Below are positions 12,673 through 25,014 of a DNA stretch of 64,000 nt, in pieces. The position numbers and the translations under genes are program-made. The stretch's first letter is position 1. Each line of letters begins with the position of its first letter. The DNA comes from Octopus sinensis (lineage: Eukaryota): assembly GCF_006345805.1 (NCBI RefSeq), contig NC_043011.1, forward strand, positions 40,808,464 to 40,872,463, read 5' to 3'. The notes beneath the pieces are model-generated. The model did no database searches. It had not been told where the DNA came from and saw only the letters and a list, made by a program, of their open reading frames with translations.

Positions 12673-13406
12673 AATTCCTATTCTCCATCTAATTACGGAA
12701 CTTTTATTTTAATTTGGAAGAATTTATGTTCCACATTTACTTTACGCTTTAAGTTTCGTTCTTTTTTTTCTTTACTATTTCGCTATTGTTTCTTTATCTA
12801 TTTATAACTCCATTTTGTTTAATAAAAATGTCTTCCTGCTCCTATTCCAATTCGTGATTCCTCTCAACACAAGATTGTCATCATCTATTCGTCGTCGCCG
12901 TTGCCGTCCATGAACTTCATCGTCACCGCCGTTGTCATCGTTGATCTTTGACCGTCATCTCCATCATTCGTCATTGTAAGAATCACGATTACATCATCAT
13001 CGCCATTTTCACCCTCGTCGTTGTCGTCGTCACCACCACCACTACCAGCACTGACGCCGTCGTTGTCAACATACTGGTAAAATAATCTAAGTAAAGATCG
13101 GCCAAAAAGAAAATGATTTTCTTTCCATGAAAGAATATTAAGCATTACTGCTACAAAACCCCCCAAAAAAAACCACACTTGTAAGTAATTTATGTGTGGA
13201 GGGTGCGTATGTATGTATATATAATGTATATATATGCATGTATATATAAACGTGTTTGCGTCTGCGTAGGTGTGTGGTTGAGGAACGGAGTAAAAGGAGG
13301 CATGTTTTGTAGTAAAACAGTAAGCCATTGAGGAGAGGAAAGAAAGAGGCACGAAAGGAAGGTAGGAAGAATGGTCGCTACGTACCATTAGATGTTTCTG
13401 TTTCAG

Positions 13407-13464
13407 GACCACTTCTTCGACGCTATGCCTCATGGCAATCCAGATAATGTTGCGCATTATAAAT
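13407..13464 (+). other. Weak candidate cassette exon
   Basis: TTTCTGTTTCAG acceptor and GTAAGG donor around 58 bp of non-repetitive sequence; no protein recognised. Confidence 0.15.
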
Positions 13465-13616
13465 GTAAGGATCAAATTGCAGTGGATGTTGTTTCGAAGA
13501 CAGCGAAGATTCCTGCAAAGAAAATGATATTAAAGATATATGTATATATTCATAAACACAACAACACACACGCACACACATATAGATATATACATGTATA
13601 TATGTATAAATATGCA

Positions 13617-13683
<67 letters not shown>

Positions 13684-13765
13684 CTTGTGTATATGTATAT
13701 ATATATAATATATATATATATATTAATATATATATATATATATATATGGTTGCGTGCGAGTGCGA

Positions 13766-13799
<34 letters not shown>

Positions 13800-13802
<3 letters not shown>

Positions 13803-13960
13803 TTAACAAACAAGAAAGCATAAAAAACACCAAAACGCGAGGACGTGGAACAAATAGTATTATTGGACGCTCAGAATGCTCTCGTCGGAAACATAGGAGA
13901 AGGAAAGATCCAGAGAAGGGAAGACAGAGGAAAAAAATCGCCAACGGTACACACGAGGTC
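13800..13960 (-). mobile_element. Internally deleted short Penelope-like repeat
   Basis: GGACGCTCAG...CTCGTCGGAAACATAGG; similar layout to the 25700-25905 family. Confidence 0.35.
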
Positions 13961-14075
13961 ACATATATATACATATATATATATTCATATCAAAAGTATG
14001 TGTTATAATACTATTTTCACAGCCATACCGGTGTGAGTCTGTGTGTGCATATATATATATATATACACACAAATA

Positions 14076-14136
<61 letters not shown>

Positions 14137-14300
14137 CGTATGTATGGACAAACAGAGACTGTGTGAGAGAAAGAGGAAAGCGAAAATGGCAATTTTTTTG
14201 TGAAAGGTTTCATATGTAAACCTGACTATGTTGGTTTTAAGCATATTTCTTCATGACGATTCATACTTTTTTTCATCGGTCCCTTATTATTATCATTATT

Positions 14301-14399
<99 letters not shown>

Positions 14400-15160
14400 T
14401 AAAATTCTGTATAAGATACTAGTGGTAACAACAACTAATGATGTTCTATCTAGTTTTGTAATATAAGCTTGGAGTTATGTATTAAAATTGTTTCCAACAA
14501 GGAGCTATCCTTATCTGGAACATCATTACCGAGCCCCGTAGCAGGCTCCTGCTAAAATGAGCGTGACATAAACTTGAGAATTAGAAAATGCGACCAATAA
14601 GGCCTATGGCAACGTTAGTGACCTTATGATCCTTATTCATTCGAAATGTACATTAAGTACTAAGAAGGATTTTATGAGAGATCTTTAATAAAGCGAGTGC
14701 GCTAAATTGTAAGCGCATCTCCAATCTGAGTAAAGTTTTACTTTCCTTCTACCGACTTCTCAATCTGCTTATCTACCTATTTATGCATTAACCTATCACT
14801 TTATTTATCTTTCTCCTCCACTTCTCTCTCTATCCCCCTCTTTCTCCCTCTCTCTCCCTCTATATGAACGTATTTTTGTACATAGAAGCAAAAGTGGGAA
14901 TATGCAAATTAGACACATCAATATATAAGGTATATTAAATACATTAAATACAAAACATGTATATACGTATATATATGAAAAGGTTCGGCGTACACAGAGT
15001 ACAAATGATAGCAAATTAAAGGTGTAGAGGAAAGGTAATACAAGTCGACATTTACATATGGGGATGGGTTCAAGTTAGAGAGATAGATTAGATAATACCT
15101 ACTTACCTCCCTACCAACATACATACATACATACATACACAGACACACACACACACACAG

Positions 15161-15191
<31 letters not shown>

Positions 15192-15684
15192 TACACATAC
15201 ACACACACAAACACACACACACACATATGTATATGTGTGTGTAGACATGCGGGTATAGAAGAAAGTATGGATGAATGGGTGGATGGACATCTAGCGTCTT
15301 ACAAATATGTTTGTGTATAAAACTGCTGAGTCTAAAATATTTATGAAATATTGGATTATCCTTCAATTACATTATAATGCAATTGAAATATTATCTTGTT
15401 ATTAAAAAAAAAGCATAACTATAAAGTTATGAATATATTCATCTTTCCATTTGCTGTTATATATATTGATAGATAGATAATCATGTGTTTGTGTATGCAT
15501 GTACATATACATATGTATATTCCTATATGCATGAATACATACATGCATATATATAAACCTACGCATAAATGTATATATGTATTTGTGCATTGATATATAT
15601 ATAAACATACCTGTACATATTTTGCATTTAGTAAACTATGTATATGGTTTACACAAAACAAAAGACGAAGATAGGAATATACAA

Positions 15685-15838
15685 CGGGCTTCTTTCAGTT
15701 TCCGTCTACCAAATCAACTTACAAGGCTTTGGTCGGCCCGAGGCTATAGCAGAAGACACCTGCCCAAGGAGCCACGCAGTGGACTGAACCCGCAACTATA
15801 TGGTTGGGAAGCAAGCTACTTACTATACATCCACGCTT
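15685..15838 (-). mobile_element. SINE type B, 5' half
   Basis: Reverse complement of the head/core: CTTCTTTCAGTTTCCG...CTGCCCAAGGAGCCACGCAGTGGACTGAACCC. Confidence 0.8.
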
Positions 15839-16059
15839 GTACCTATATATAGAAGTTCCTACCGTTAATGGTTATATTTACATGCCGAAATCTACCAGTA
15901 AATAATTGTTGGTTTTTTAAAAACCACTAAAGCTATTATTTTACTTTATATATATACTATATATATTTATATATATATATATATATATATATTAATAGAA
16001 TATTTAAAATTACTAGTCCTCTAAAAGAGAACAACGGCAGCGTTCCCGGAAATATTAGT

Positions 16060-16313
16060 TTATCGCCATACTAATATGGCATCTTATTCTTATAAAATAA
16101 GACTAAAGCTGGACCGCTTTTAGCTCCATGAGGCCATCGCCTTAAGTTAGCTATTTGATACACAAACTGTATCCATATAACCTTTAACAAGGGATACAGT
16201 TATATGGAATCAGTTTGGTGTATCAATAGCTAACTTATGGCGATGGCCTGCGTGGGAGCATAAGCGGTCAGCTTATTCTTATTTATAAGAATGCCATATT
16301 AGTATGGCGATAA
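16060..16313. mobile_element. Fold-back element (about 120-bp imperfect inverted arms, short loop)
   Basis: TTATCGCCATACTAATATGGCAT...CCATATAAC pairs with GTTATATGG...ATGCCATATTAGTATGGCGATAA. Confidence 0.6.
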
Positions 16314-16954
16314 TTATTATAATATATATTATAATATGATTAATATATATATATAGCAAATGAAAGATACAATATGGAATATACGAGAATTTCTTGTTAA
16401 TCACGACAATTGTTTCGAGCACTTGTCGTAATCGATTCCTCTTGGGTGGGACACTCAACAACTGGTTCAAGAGCATTCGGTGGCGCACATGTATCTCGTC
16501 GGTTGATAAATAAATGCAACATAGTGATATATAAAGAGTAGTTATATTCATAAATGTGGGGAAAGTACACCTGACTATTGGGAGTGCGTAAACATAATGA
16601 GTTTTGGAATGAGAGACTTTCTGTCTGAAAAATACCATACGTTACCCTCATGAAACACGTGTAGACCGTAATTTTGGGATCATGAATATAAATAGTAAGT
16701 ATAGTATTTAAACATTTTATGGCTTGTTGAGTTAATATCGTTTGGGATATTGATATTATGAAGTTGTGGGTGTTTCTATCTCAACACTATTTTCATTTTT
16801 AATATTACAATTTGAATGTCTATTCCTGTGGCCTGGAATTGATATTCCCTGTTATAATATAATGATATAATAATAATAATAATAATGATAAGAATAATAA
16901 TAATAATGATAATATATATATATATATAGATATATATATATATATATATATAGT

Positions 16955-17216
16955 ATAATATTATTCGAGACAAAAACCACTATTTTGCAAAACAAACAAG
17001 GAAAGACTTAATCAATAACATAATCAGTTTTAATTTATATTCATAAATTAAAACTGATTAGAGATCGGAATCCACCTACGATGTCATTTTGAAGCATGAA
17101 ACAATTGTAGTGGCGGGCCGTCTATATTTACTTTATATTAAATTTTTATATGTATTGATTAAATCTTTCCTTGTTTGTTTTGCAAATAGTTGTTTCTTGT
17201 CTCGAATAAATATTAT
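16955..17216. mobile_element. Fold-back element with a hammerhead-like motif in its loop
   Basis: 16955-17022 pairs with 17149-17216; 17072-17113 reads CCAC-CUACGA-...-GAAA-CAAUUG-UA-GUGG. Confidence 0.55.
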
Positions 17217-17492
17217 ATATATTTTACTATAAATTGGATTTAATCTTAAATTCTGATTTTTCCTGTAAATTTGGATTTTTTTTCCTAATATTTATTATTT
17301 TTATTATATATATATTATATAAATATATATATAATATACAAATGTGTATCCTAGATTTATCCACTCCACTTATATATATTGTATCTAAAATATATATATT
17401 ATCTTATCTATTAACTAGATATTACAAAATGTGTATCTAGATTTTATCTACCCAGCATATATATATGTATATATATATATATATATAATTAT

Positions 17493-17560
<68 letters not shown>

Positions 17561-17823
17561 CTAATGTGTTCTAGATTTATCTATCCAGCTATATATACAT
17601 GCATATATATGTGTGTGTGTTTGTGTGTGTGTGTATATATGTATATATACATATATACATACATATATATATATTTATACATAAGTATATATGTACATAC
17701 GTATATATACACATATGTATGTATATATATATACATATATAAATACACACATAACACATACATATATGTATATATTATATATATGCGTGCATATATATGT
17801 ATATATATATATATGCACGCATA

Positions 17824-17855
<32 letters not shown>

Positions 17856-18160
17856 AATACGCATAAAAGTATTAAATTGATTATATTTAGCTTTTAGCAA
17901 TGTATTCGTAATAAAAGTAACACAGTCATCCTTTTTCCCATAGAGCAATAAAAGAGTTCAACGATCACATTCATAGACTATGATGTTAGCTCAGTTTCTT
18001 TGCAGCCTATTGATTGGACTTTCGTTAATAATAGCGTTAAAATAATTTTTTCTGCTTGTTAAAAAGAATATCTATACTTAGTAATACACAGTCATCTTAT
18101 ATCGCCCCCATGCATACATCTATATAAATATATTATATATAAATATATATATATATATCT

Positions 18161-18196
<36 letters not shown>

Positions 18197-18243
18197 CAGA
18201 AATACATGCATCCATAGATAGATAGATAGATAGATAGACAGAC

Positions 18244-18301
<58 letters not shown>

Positions 18302-18367
18302 AGATGGTAGGTAGGTAGTTTAGGTAGATAGATAAAAAGTAGATAGATATAGATATATAGATAGATA

Positions 18368-18411
<44 letters not shown>

Positions 18412-18501
18412 CATATATAGATAGATGGATGGATGGATGGATGGATGGATGGATGGATGGATAGATAGATAGATAGATAGACAGACAGATGGATGGATGG
18501 G

Positions 18502-18574
<73 letters not shown>

Positions 18575-18575
<1 letters not shown>

Positions 18576-18790
18576 TGTTTCTATATTAGCCACACAGGGC
18601 TGCACACAGAAGGGACAGATTACAAAGTAGAACTTTTCTTTTTTTGGAGAAAAGAAAAGGTGGGGTAGGTTTTCGATCAAAAGGGATCGTAAAAGGGAAA
18701 GAAGAAAAAAAGAAAAAAAGAAAAAGAAACAAAAGAAAAGAAAACAGAAAAAAGAAAAGAAAAAAGAAAGGAAAAAAGGGGGGAAAAGAT
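18575..18790 (-). mobile_element. 3' terminus of the Tx1/L1-clade LINE (5' truncated)
   Basis: Reverse complement matches 30650-30803 (GATCGAAAACCTAC..., CTGTGTGCAGCCCTGTGTGGC); (TATC)n on both flanks. Confidence 0.8.
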
Positions 18791-19333
18791 AAGATAGATA
18801 GACAGGTAAACGGAGAGGTACTTATATGTATGTACGTATGTGTTTCTTAACGGCTGAAAAACTCTCCAATACAAAGAGTTCCTACATTTATTCGAAATTA
18901 TTTGATGTGTGTCTGCGAGCTCGCATTTTTGTATGTATTTTTTTTTGTGTGTGTGTGTGTATCACCCGTTGGTGATATCCTGTTTACCTTCCATATGACA
19001 GGCATACAGTGTTATATTAGAGTATATACATCAATGATAAGTACTTATGCTTTTGTTCCCCTCACTACACAAAATCAGCAGATGCACTCATACGCACATA
19101 CATACATACATGTATTCATGCATACATACATATATACATACATATATACATACATGCATTCAGATATACATATATATATATATATAGATATATATATAAA
19201 CATATAGACATTCATATATACATACATGCCTGCATACATACGTACATGTGATGGCATCCATTTTTTTCACATTAAATAGAGGTATACATAAACGTGAGTG
19301 TATGTGTCTGTGTATGCGTTGTAGTATATATAT

Positions 19334-19401
<68 letters not shown>

Positions 19402-19439
19402 GGGGAGAGTGAGAGAGAGAGAGGGAGGTTTGCAGGCAA

Positions 19440-19600
19440 TGGAATGGCTGTGGGATAAGAAGATCGCTTGCTAACCACATGGTTCCGGTTTCAGTCCCAC
19501 CGCGTGGCACCTCGGGCAGGTGTCTTCTACTATAGCCGCGGGCCGACCAAAGCCTTTGTGAGTTGATTTGGTTGACAGAAACTGAAAGAATCCCGTCATA
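19440..19600 (-). mobile_element. SINE type B, 5' part (appears rearranged)
   Basis: CTTGCTAACCACATGGTTCCGGTTTCAGTCCCACCGCGTGGCACCTCGGGCAGGTGTCTTCTACTATAG matches the type B head. Note: this reads on + as written, so the element is sense here despite the strand field. Confidence 0.6.
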
Positions 19601-19619
19601 TGCATATATATATATATAT

Positions 19620-19937
19620 TACGGAGATGTACTTGCATAGCGAGTGACTTGATCTGAGATCGTGTGCTGGAACGAAAACAATTGCAGCGTCGAAGGTGTT
19701 TATAAGCCATTTAAGAAACACACAAAACCGTTAGATTCACTTCAACATTAAATTTAATTTGTCAAAATATTTTCGTTGCTTTGAGACCGCGACCTGTTCA
19801 CTGACAAAAGTGAACAGGTCGCGGTCTCAAAGCGACGAAAATATTTTGACAAATTAAATTTAAATGTTGAAGTGAATCTAACGGTTTTGTGTGTTTCTTA
19901 AATGGCTTAGAAACACCTTCGACACTGCAATTGTTTT
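19620..19937. mobile_element. Fold-back element (128-bp arms, 6-bp loop), probable Penelope-like inverted pseudo-LTR
   Basis: 19675-19802 pairs with 19809-19937 with few mismatches; loop GACAAA. Confidence 0.65.
19758..19808 (-). ncRNA. Variant type I hammerhead motif with G3:C8 swap
   Basis: UUUGUCA-GUGAACA-G-GUCGC GGUCUCAAA GC(A/G)AC-GAAA-AUAU-U-U-UGACAAA; 7-bp stem I, palindromic stem III. Confidence 0.5.
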
Positions 19938-19948
19938 ATATATGTATA

Positions 19949-21659
19949 TTAGGTTGTCAAGAAAGTTCTTGCGGTTTTTAACCTTTAAATGCAGATGCAC
20001 ATATCTCGGCTCAAGCAAAACGTTATTAATCGAAATAAACGCCATCAGAATCAATAGATTTTGCCAACGCGAAACAAGTTTATTTATGCCAGTAGTGTAA
20101 AAGTCCTGCGTTCTGCTGTCGATGAAGTCATTGAAGATGTGTTTGGCATCGTCTTCGGTTTTGAAGCATCTCTCACGCAGGAAGTTGTCGAGATGCTTGA
20201 AAAAGTGGTAGTCGGTAGGCGAGAGGGCTGGTGAGTATGGCGGATGAGGCAGAGTTTCGTAGCCCAATTCGTTGAAATTCTGCAAGGTCAGTGGTGCGAC
20301 GTGCGGCCGAGCGTTGTCGTGGAGAATAATTGGTCCTTTTCTATTGACCAATGCAGGCTGTTGTTGTCAGAGTTTCTTATGCATTTAATCCTGACAGTAC
20401 TTCTTCGCCGTAATGGTTTCGCCTGGATCCAAAAAGCTGTGATGGACGAGACCGGCCGCAGACAACCAAACAGTCACTATGACCATCTCTTGGTGCAACT
20501 TTGAATTCGGGAAGTACAGTGGAGCTTCGTCGGCGTCAACCACTGAGCTGAGCGTTACAGGTTGTCGTAAATGATCCACTTTTCATTGCAAGTCACAATC
20601 CGGTCGAAAAACGGGTCGTGCTCGTTGCGTAAAAGAAGGGAAGACGACACTTCAAAACGGCGTTTTTTTTCTCTTTGTTGTCGTTCAATTCGTGCGGCAC
20701 CCATTTCTCAAGTATTTTTGTTTTTCCAATCTCTTTCAAATGGTTGGAAATTGTATACGTTACAACTAATTCAGAAGTAAGTTCTGGAATAGTTGTGCGT
20801 GGATTGGCTTCGTCTAAGGCTCTTAGTTGATCGTTGTCAACATCCGATGGCCGACCACAACGCTTATCATCTTCAAGACTCTCGTCACCGCTACGAAATT
20901 TCTTGAACCACCATTGTGTTCCACATTTTGCTAATATCTACTTCAAGATCTTTATACTTGCTCAGTTTTTGATAGGTCTTAACAGATATATTTATGTCGA
21001 CAGGGACAGTCATATCAATGATGAGGCATGATTTTTGTCTGAAGTCTTTCAATATGATGTCTGGCCTATTCGCATCTATCTTTCTGTCAGTTCGAATGGT
21101 GAAGTTCCAGAGGAGTGTGATGTGATCATTTTCAAGCACTGGAGGTGGTTTGTGTTCCCACCAGTTTTTATCATGGGGCAAGTTCAGGCTTTTGCAAATT
21201 ACCCAGTGAATATATTGTGCAGCTCTTTCATGCCTGTTGTGCGTGGATTGGCTTCGTCAAAGGCTCTTAGTTGATCGTTGTCAACATCCGATGGCCGACC
21301 ACTACGCTTATCATCTTCAAGACTCTCGTGACCGCTACGAAATTTCTTGAACCACCATTGTGCAGTACGTTCAGTAGTGGTTCCTGGGCCAAACGCATCG
21401 TTGATATCACGAGCTGTTTCGGCAGATTTCCGGCCTGACTTGAAATGTGCGAATCTGCTTTTTGTCCATTTTGTATTCAAAGTTTCAGAAAAAATGGCCT
21501 AATTATTCAAAAAGAAAAACAGAGTAACACGATTAGATACAGAGAAAAACGGGCTTTAAAAGGATATATAAAATCAAAGTAATTTAACGAAAATTAATTT
21601 GAAAATACATAATCTAAAACCCAAATAAAAAATCCGCAAGAACTTTCTTGACGACCTCA
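19949..21659 (-). mobile_element. Mariner DNA transposon, defective D,D34D-type transposase
   Basis: TIRs TTAGGTTGTCAAGAAAGTTCTTGCGG / CCGCAAGAACTTTCTTGACGACCTCA with TA flanks; ILHDNARPHVA, HPPYSPALSPTDYHFF, N-terminal HTH (WFKKFRSG...SGRPS); frameshifts and internal deletion. Confidence 0.92.
20919..21235 (-). pseudogene. R4/Dong-like RLE fragment embedded in the mariner
   Basis: HNRHERAAQYIHW...NRPDIILKD...IIDMTVPVDINISVKTYQKLSKYKDL; flanked by a 127-bp direct duplication of mariner sequence. Confidence 0.85.
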
Positions 21660-21725
21660 TATATATACACGCACACAGAAACACACAGATAGAAGCGACG
21701 CTATATGTGCGCGCGCGTGTGCGTC

Positions 21726-21797
<72 letters not shown>

Positions 21798-22064
21798 TAT
21801 TAGCGTGTGTACGTATATATCATACACATCCAAACAGACCACTCCTCATCGATAGCTAACAATCACGAATTTTTTTGGTGTGAAATTATTCCTAACGAAT
21901 TACAGTTCCATTCGTGATTGGGAAATATCGCCAAGAAAGCAGCCAGGTCATTGACCATTCTTCCATTGTCGTTAAATAGAAATGAATGACCACGGCAAAT
22001 CACTAGTCTACCAACCCGTAGGTTTCATGTTCAAATTGTATTCAGTTAACATTAAATATAATCG

Positions 22065-22168
22065 TTTGTTCCTTCTCGAGCCTTGCCTGGCTTATAAGGG
22101 TCGGTTTCCCGGTTTCCTTGGCGTATAGGTTCCCCACCTGGACGGGACGCCGCGGTCCGTCGTAGGTA
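22065..22168 (-). mobile_element. SINE type C, 3' part, cut by the gap
   Basis: Matches 27170-27250 (GTATAGGTTCCCCACCTGGACGGG). Confidence 0.75.
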
Positions 22169-22268
22169 NNNNNNNNNNNNNNNNNNNNNNNNNNNNNNNN
22201 NNNNNNNNNNNNNNNNNNNNNNNNNNNNNNNNNNNNNNNNNNNNNNNNNNNNNNNNNNNNNNNNNNNN
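22169..22268. other. Assembly gap
   Basis: Run of 100 N. Confidence 0.98.
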
Positions 22269-22438
22269 CGTTTCGCACGCTCGGACTCATCGATTCTGCC
22301 CTGCTGTCGCTGCCGGGACGCATCAGCTAGAATTGCATTGAAAGGACCATACTCTCATATAGCTTACATATGTGTGTGGTATTTGGTGCGTGTTGCGGGG
22401 TTGTGAATGTGGAATGTATATGATGCGTAGTGCGTGCA

Positions 22439-22491
<53 letters not shown>

Positions 22492-23275
22492 GTCTGTCTG
22501 TCTGTCTGTCTGTCTGTCGGTCTGTCGGTCTGTCTGTCTGTCTATCTGTTTGTCTATCTATCTATCGCTCTGTCTCTCTCTTTGTATGTATTATGTATGT
22601 ATGTATGTACGTATGTATGTATGTATGTATGTATGTATGTATGTATGTATATATATATATATGTATATACATATATATGTATATATATATGCAAACACAT
22701 ACAGACATACGTATATACAATCATACATACGAACGTGCACACATACAGATACACACACGCACACATTTATAACCGACTTTTTCCCCAATTAAATGTCGAA
22801 ATTATTTTAGTGTTTCTCTCTTTGATGGCTTCATATAAATTTTTTCTCAGCTTTTTTTTTTTTTCTACCATTCTGATTACCTCATCATTGGTTTTCTATT
22901 CAGTCCAAGACATTCTCAAAATCGTCAATATGCCAATATCTTACAGGCTTCTGATCTATTGATAACGCTTTTGTTAATGACCGCGTTTCAGCTCGATATA
23001 ACAGAAAGGACCATACGTAACATTTTAATAATCTTATTCTATTTTCGATGTGAATTTTCTTTTTTTCTTACCATGCTAACATATTTAAGATTTTTTTTTT
23101 CAAATTATATTCCACCTATCTCGATTAAAACATCTTTTTGATTTCTGCATCATACTTATAGTTTTATGATTTCATGTAATCTAGGTATATTCAAATGCTG
23201 CATGTGTGTGCGTGTATGTATGTGTGTATGTATGTATGTATGTATGTATGTATGTATGTATGTATGTTTGTATAG

Positions 23276-23355
23276 GGGGGAAAACATACGCCACAGAAAC
23301 CGAGAAATCGATCCCATGATCCTGGTTAGGCTTGAAAAGGGCGCATAAAAAATGT
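23276..23355 (+). mobile_element. Tail-only copy of a SINE type C subfamily
   Basis: Homologous to 23665-23745; embedded in (ATGT)n. Confidence 0.75.
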
Positions 23356-23451
23356 ATGTATGTATGTATGCATGCATGTATGTATGTATGTATGTATGTA
23401 TGCTATGTATGTATGTATGTATGTATGTATGTATGTATGTATGTATGTATG

Positions 23452-23745
23452 TAGGTTAGGGCAGCGGACTCGCGATCGGAGTATCGCGGTTTCGATTCCC
23501 AGACCGGGCGTTGTGTGTGTTTATTGAGCAAAAACACCGAAAGCTCCACGAGGCTCCGGCAGGGGGTAGTGGTGACTCCTGTTGTACTCTTTCGCCCGAC
23601 TTTTTCTCGCTCTTTCTTCCTGTTTCTTGGGTAACGCTGCGAAGGTCTGGCGTCCCGTCCAGCTGGGGGGAAAACATACGCCACAGAAACTGGGAAACTG
23701 GTCCCATGAGCATGGCTAGGCTTGAAAAGGGCACATAAAAAATGT
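23452..23745 (+). mobile_element. tRNA-Arg-like SINE type C with (ATGT)n tail
   Basis: GGTTAGGGCAGCGGACTCGCGATCG..GGTTTCGATTCCC head (TCG anticodon), GGCGTCCCGTCCAG central motif. Confidence 0.8.
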
Positions 23746-24269
23746 ATGTATGTACGTATGTACGTATGTAAGTAAGTAGATAAGTAAGTAACTAATTAAC
23801 TAAGTGTGTAAATCTTCCTTAACCTTTGTTGGGACGAGAAAGACTGGTTAACAATAGTACCTAGAGCGTCTTCTCGTTAGAAACCTCCACCAATATAAAG
23901 GGAAAATTTGTGGAGTTCAAATAAAAGGTATACAGTTTCCTGATCAGTGATCTGGGCTAAGTTGGATGAGCCCGTAACATCAAACTGATTATCGTTTCTT
24001 CGAATTTCCATAATATATGAATAAACTCGTATGCACACACATACACACGTATATACACTTATTTTTACACACACACACACACGCACACATATATAAATGT
24101 TTCTACTATGCATAGTGATACTTATCACCAAGCATTTTAATGGCTCCGAGGAGGCTAAAAGATGTTGCAGAAGTACTCATATATGAATGCACAGCTACTT
24201 ATAGCAGAAACAGCTGTTAACTAATGGCAGTGCTCAAGTAACTCATGTTGTTTTTTCCTTTGAAGCCGG

Positions 24270-24570
24270 GTACTTATTCTATCGCTCTCTATTGCCGAAC
24301 CGCTAATCTACGGGTGCAGAAACACATCAACACTAGTTGTCAAGCGGTGGTGGGGTACAAACATAGATACAAATGCACACACACACACGTATATATATAT
24401 ATTGATATGTGACGCGCTTCTTTCAGTTTCCTTCTTCCAACTCGGCTCACAAGGCTTTGGTCTTCCCGAGGCTATAGTAGAAGACAGTCGCCCAAAGTGC
24501 CAGGCAGTGGGACTGAACCCGAGCCATGTGATTGGGAAGCAAGCTTCTTACCACACAACCATGTCTGCTC
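24270..24570 (-). mobile_element. SINE type B
   Basis: Both halves and internal (CA/TA)n in reverse orientation. Confidence 0.8.
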
Positions 24571-25014
24571 CTATGATTGAATATATATACACATTTATAT
24601 GTTGTGTACATGTTTGCATGCACATAGATAACATACTATACATATACATTTATAATCAATTTGTAAGATATGAATGAACTATAGAAAGATGAGTTAACAT
24701 TAATTGTCATAAGAATGACAAAACAATCACGTGATATAATCAGTGATGCCAAATGTTCTTCACGCTTTACTGAATAAGGTTATTCAAAAATTTTCTTTGA
24801 AAACACCGACATCAGTTTTGTTGATTCATCTATCGCATTGTAGTGTTTCTATTTAAAGCAGTCTACCATTGTACTCAACTTTCAGTTATGTAAATTTTAA
24901 AATTAGTCTTACGTTATGAAACCACATGATGGAAAAATACCCACACGCACATTCACGCACGTGCAAACACACACAAACACACACACACACACACGGAATA
25001 TAATTGCATGTTTC

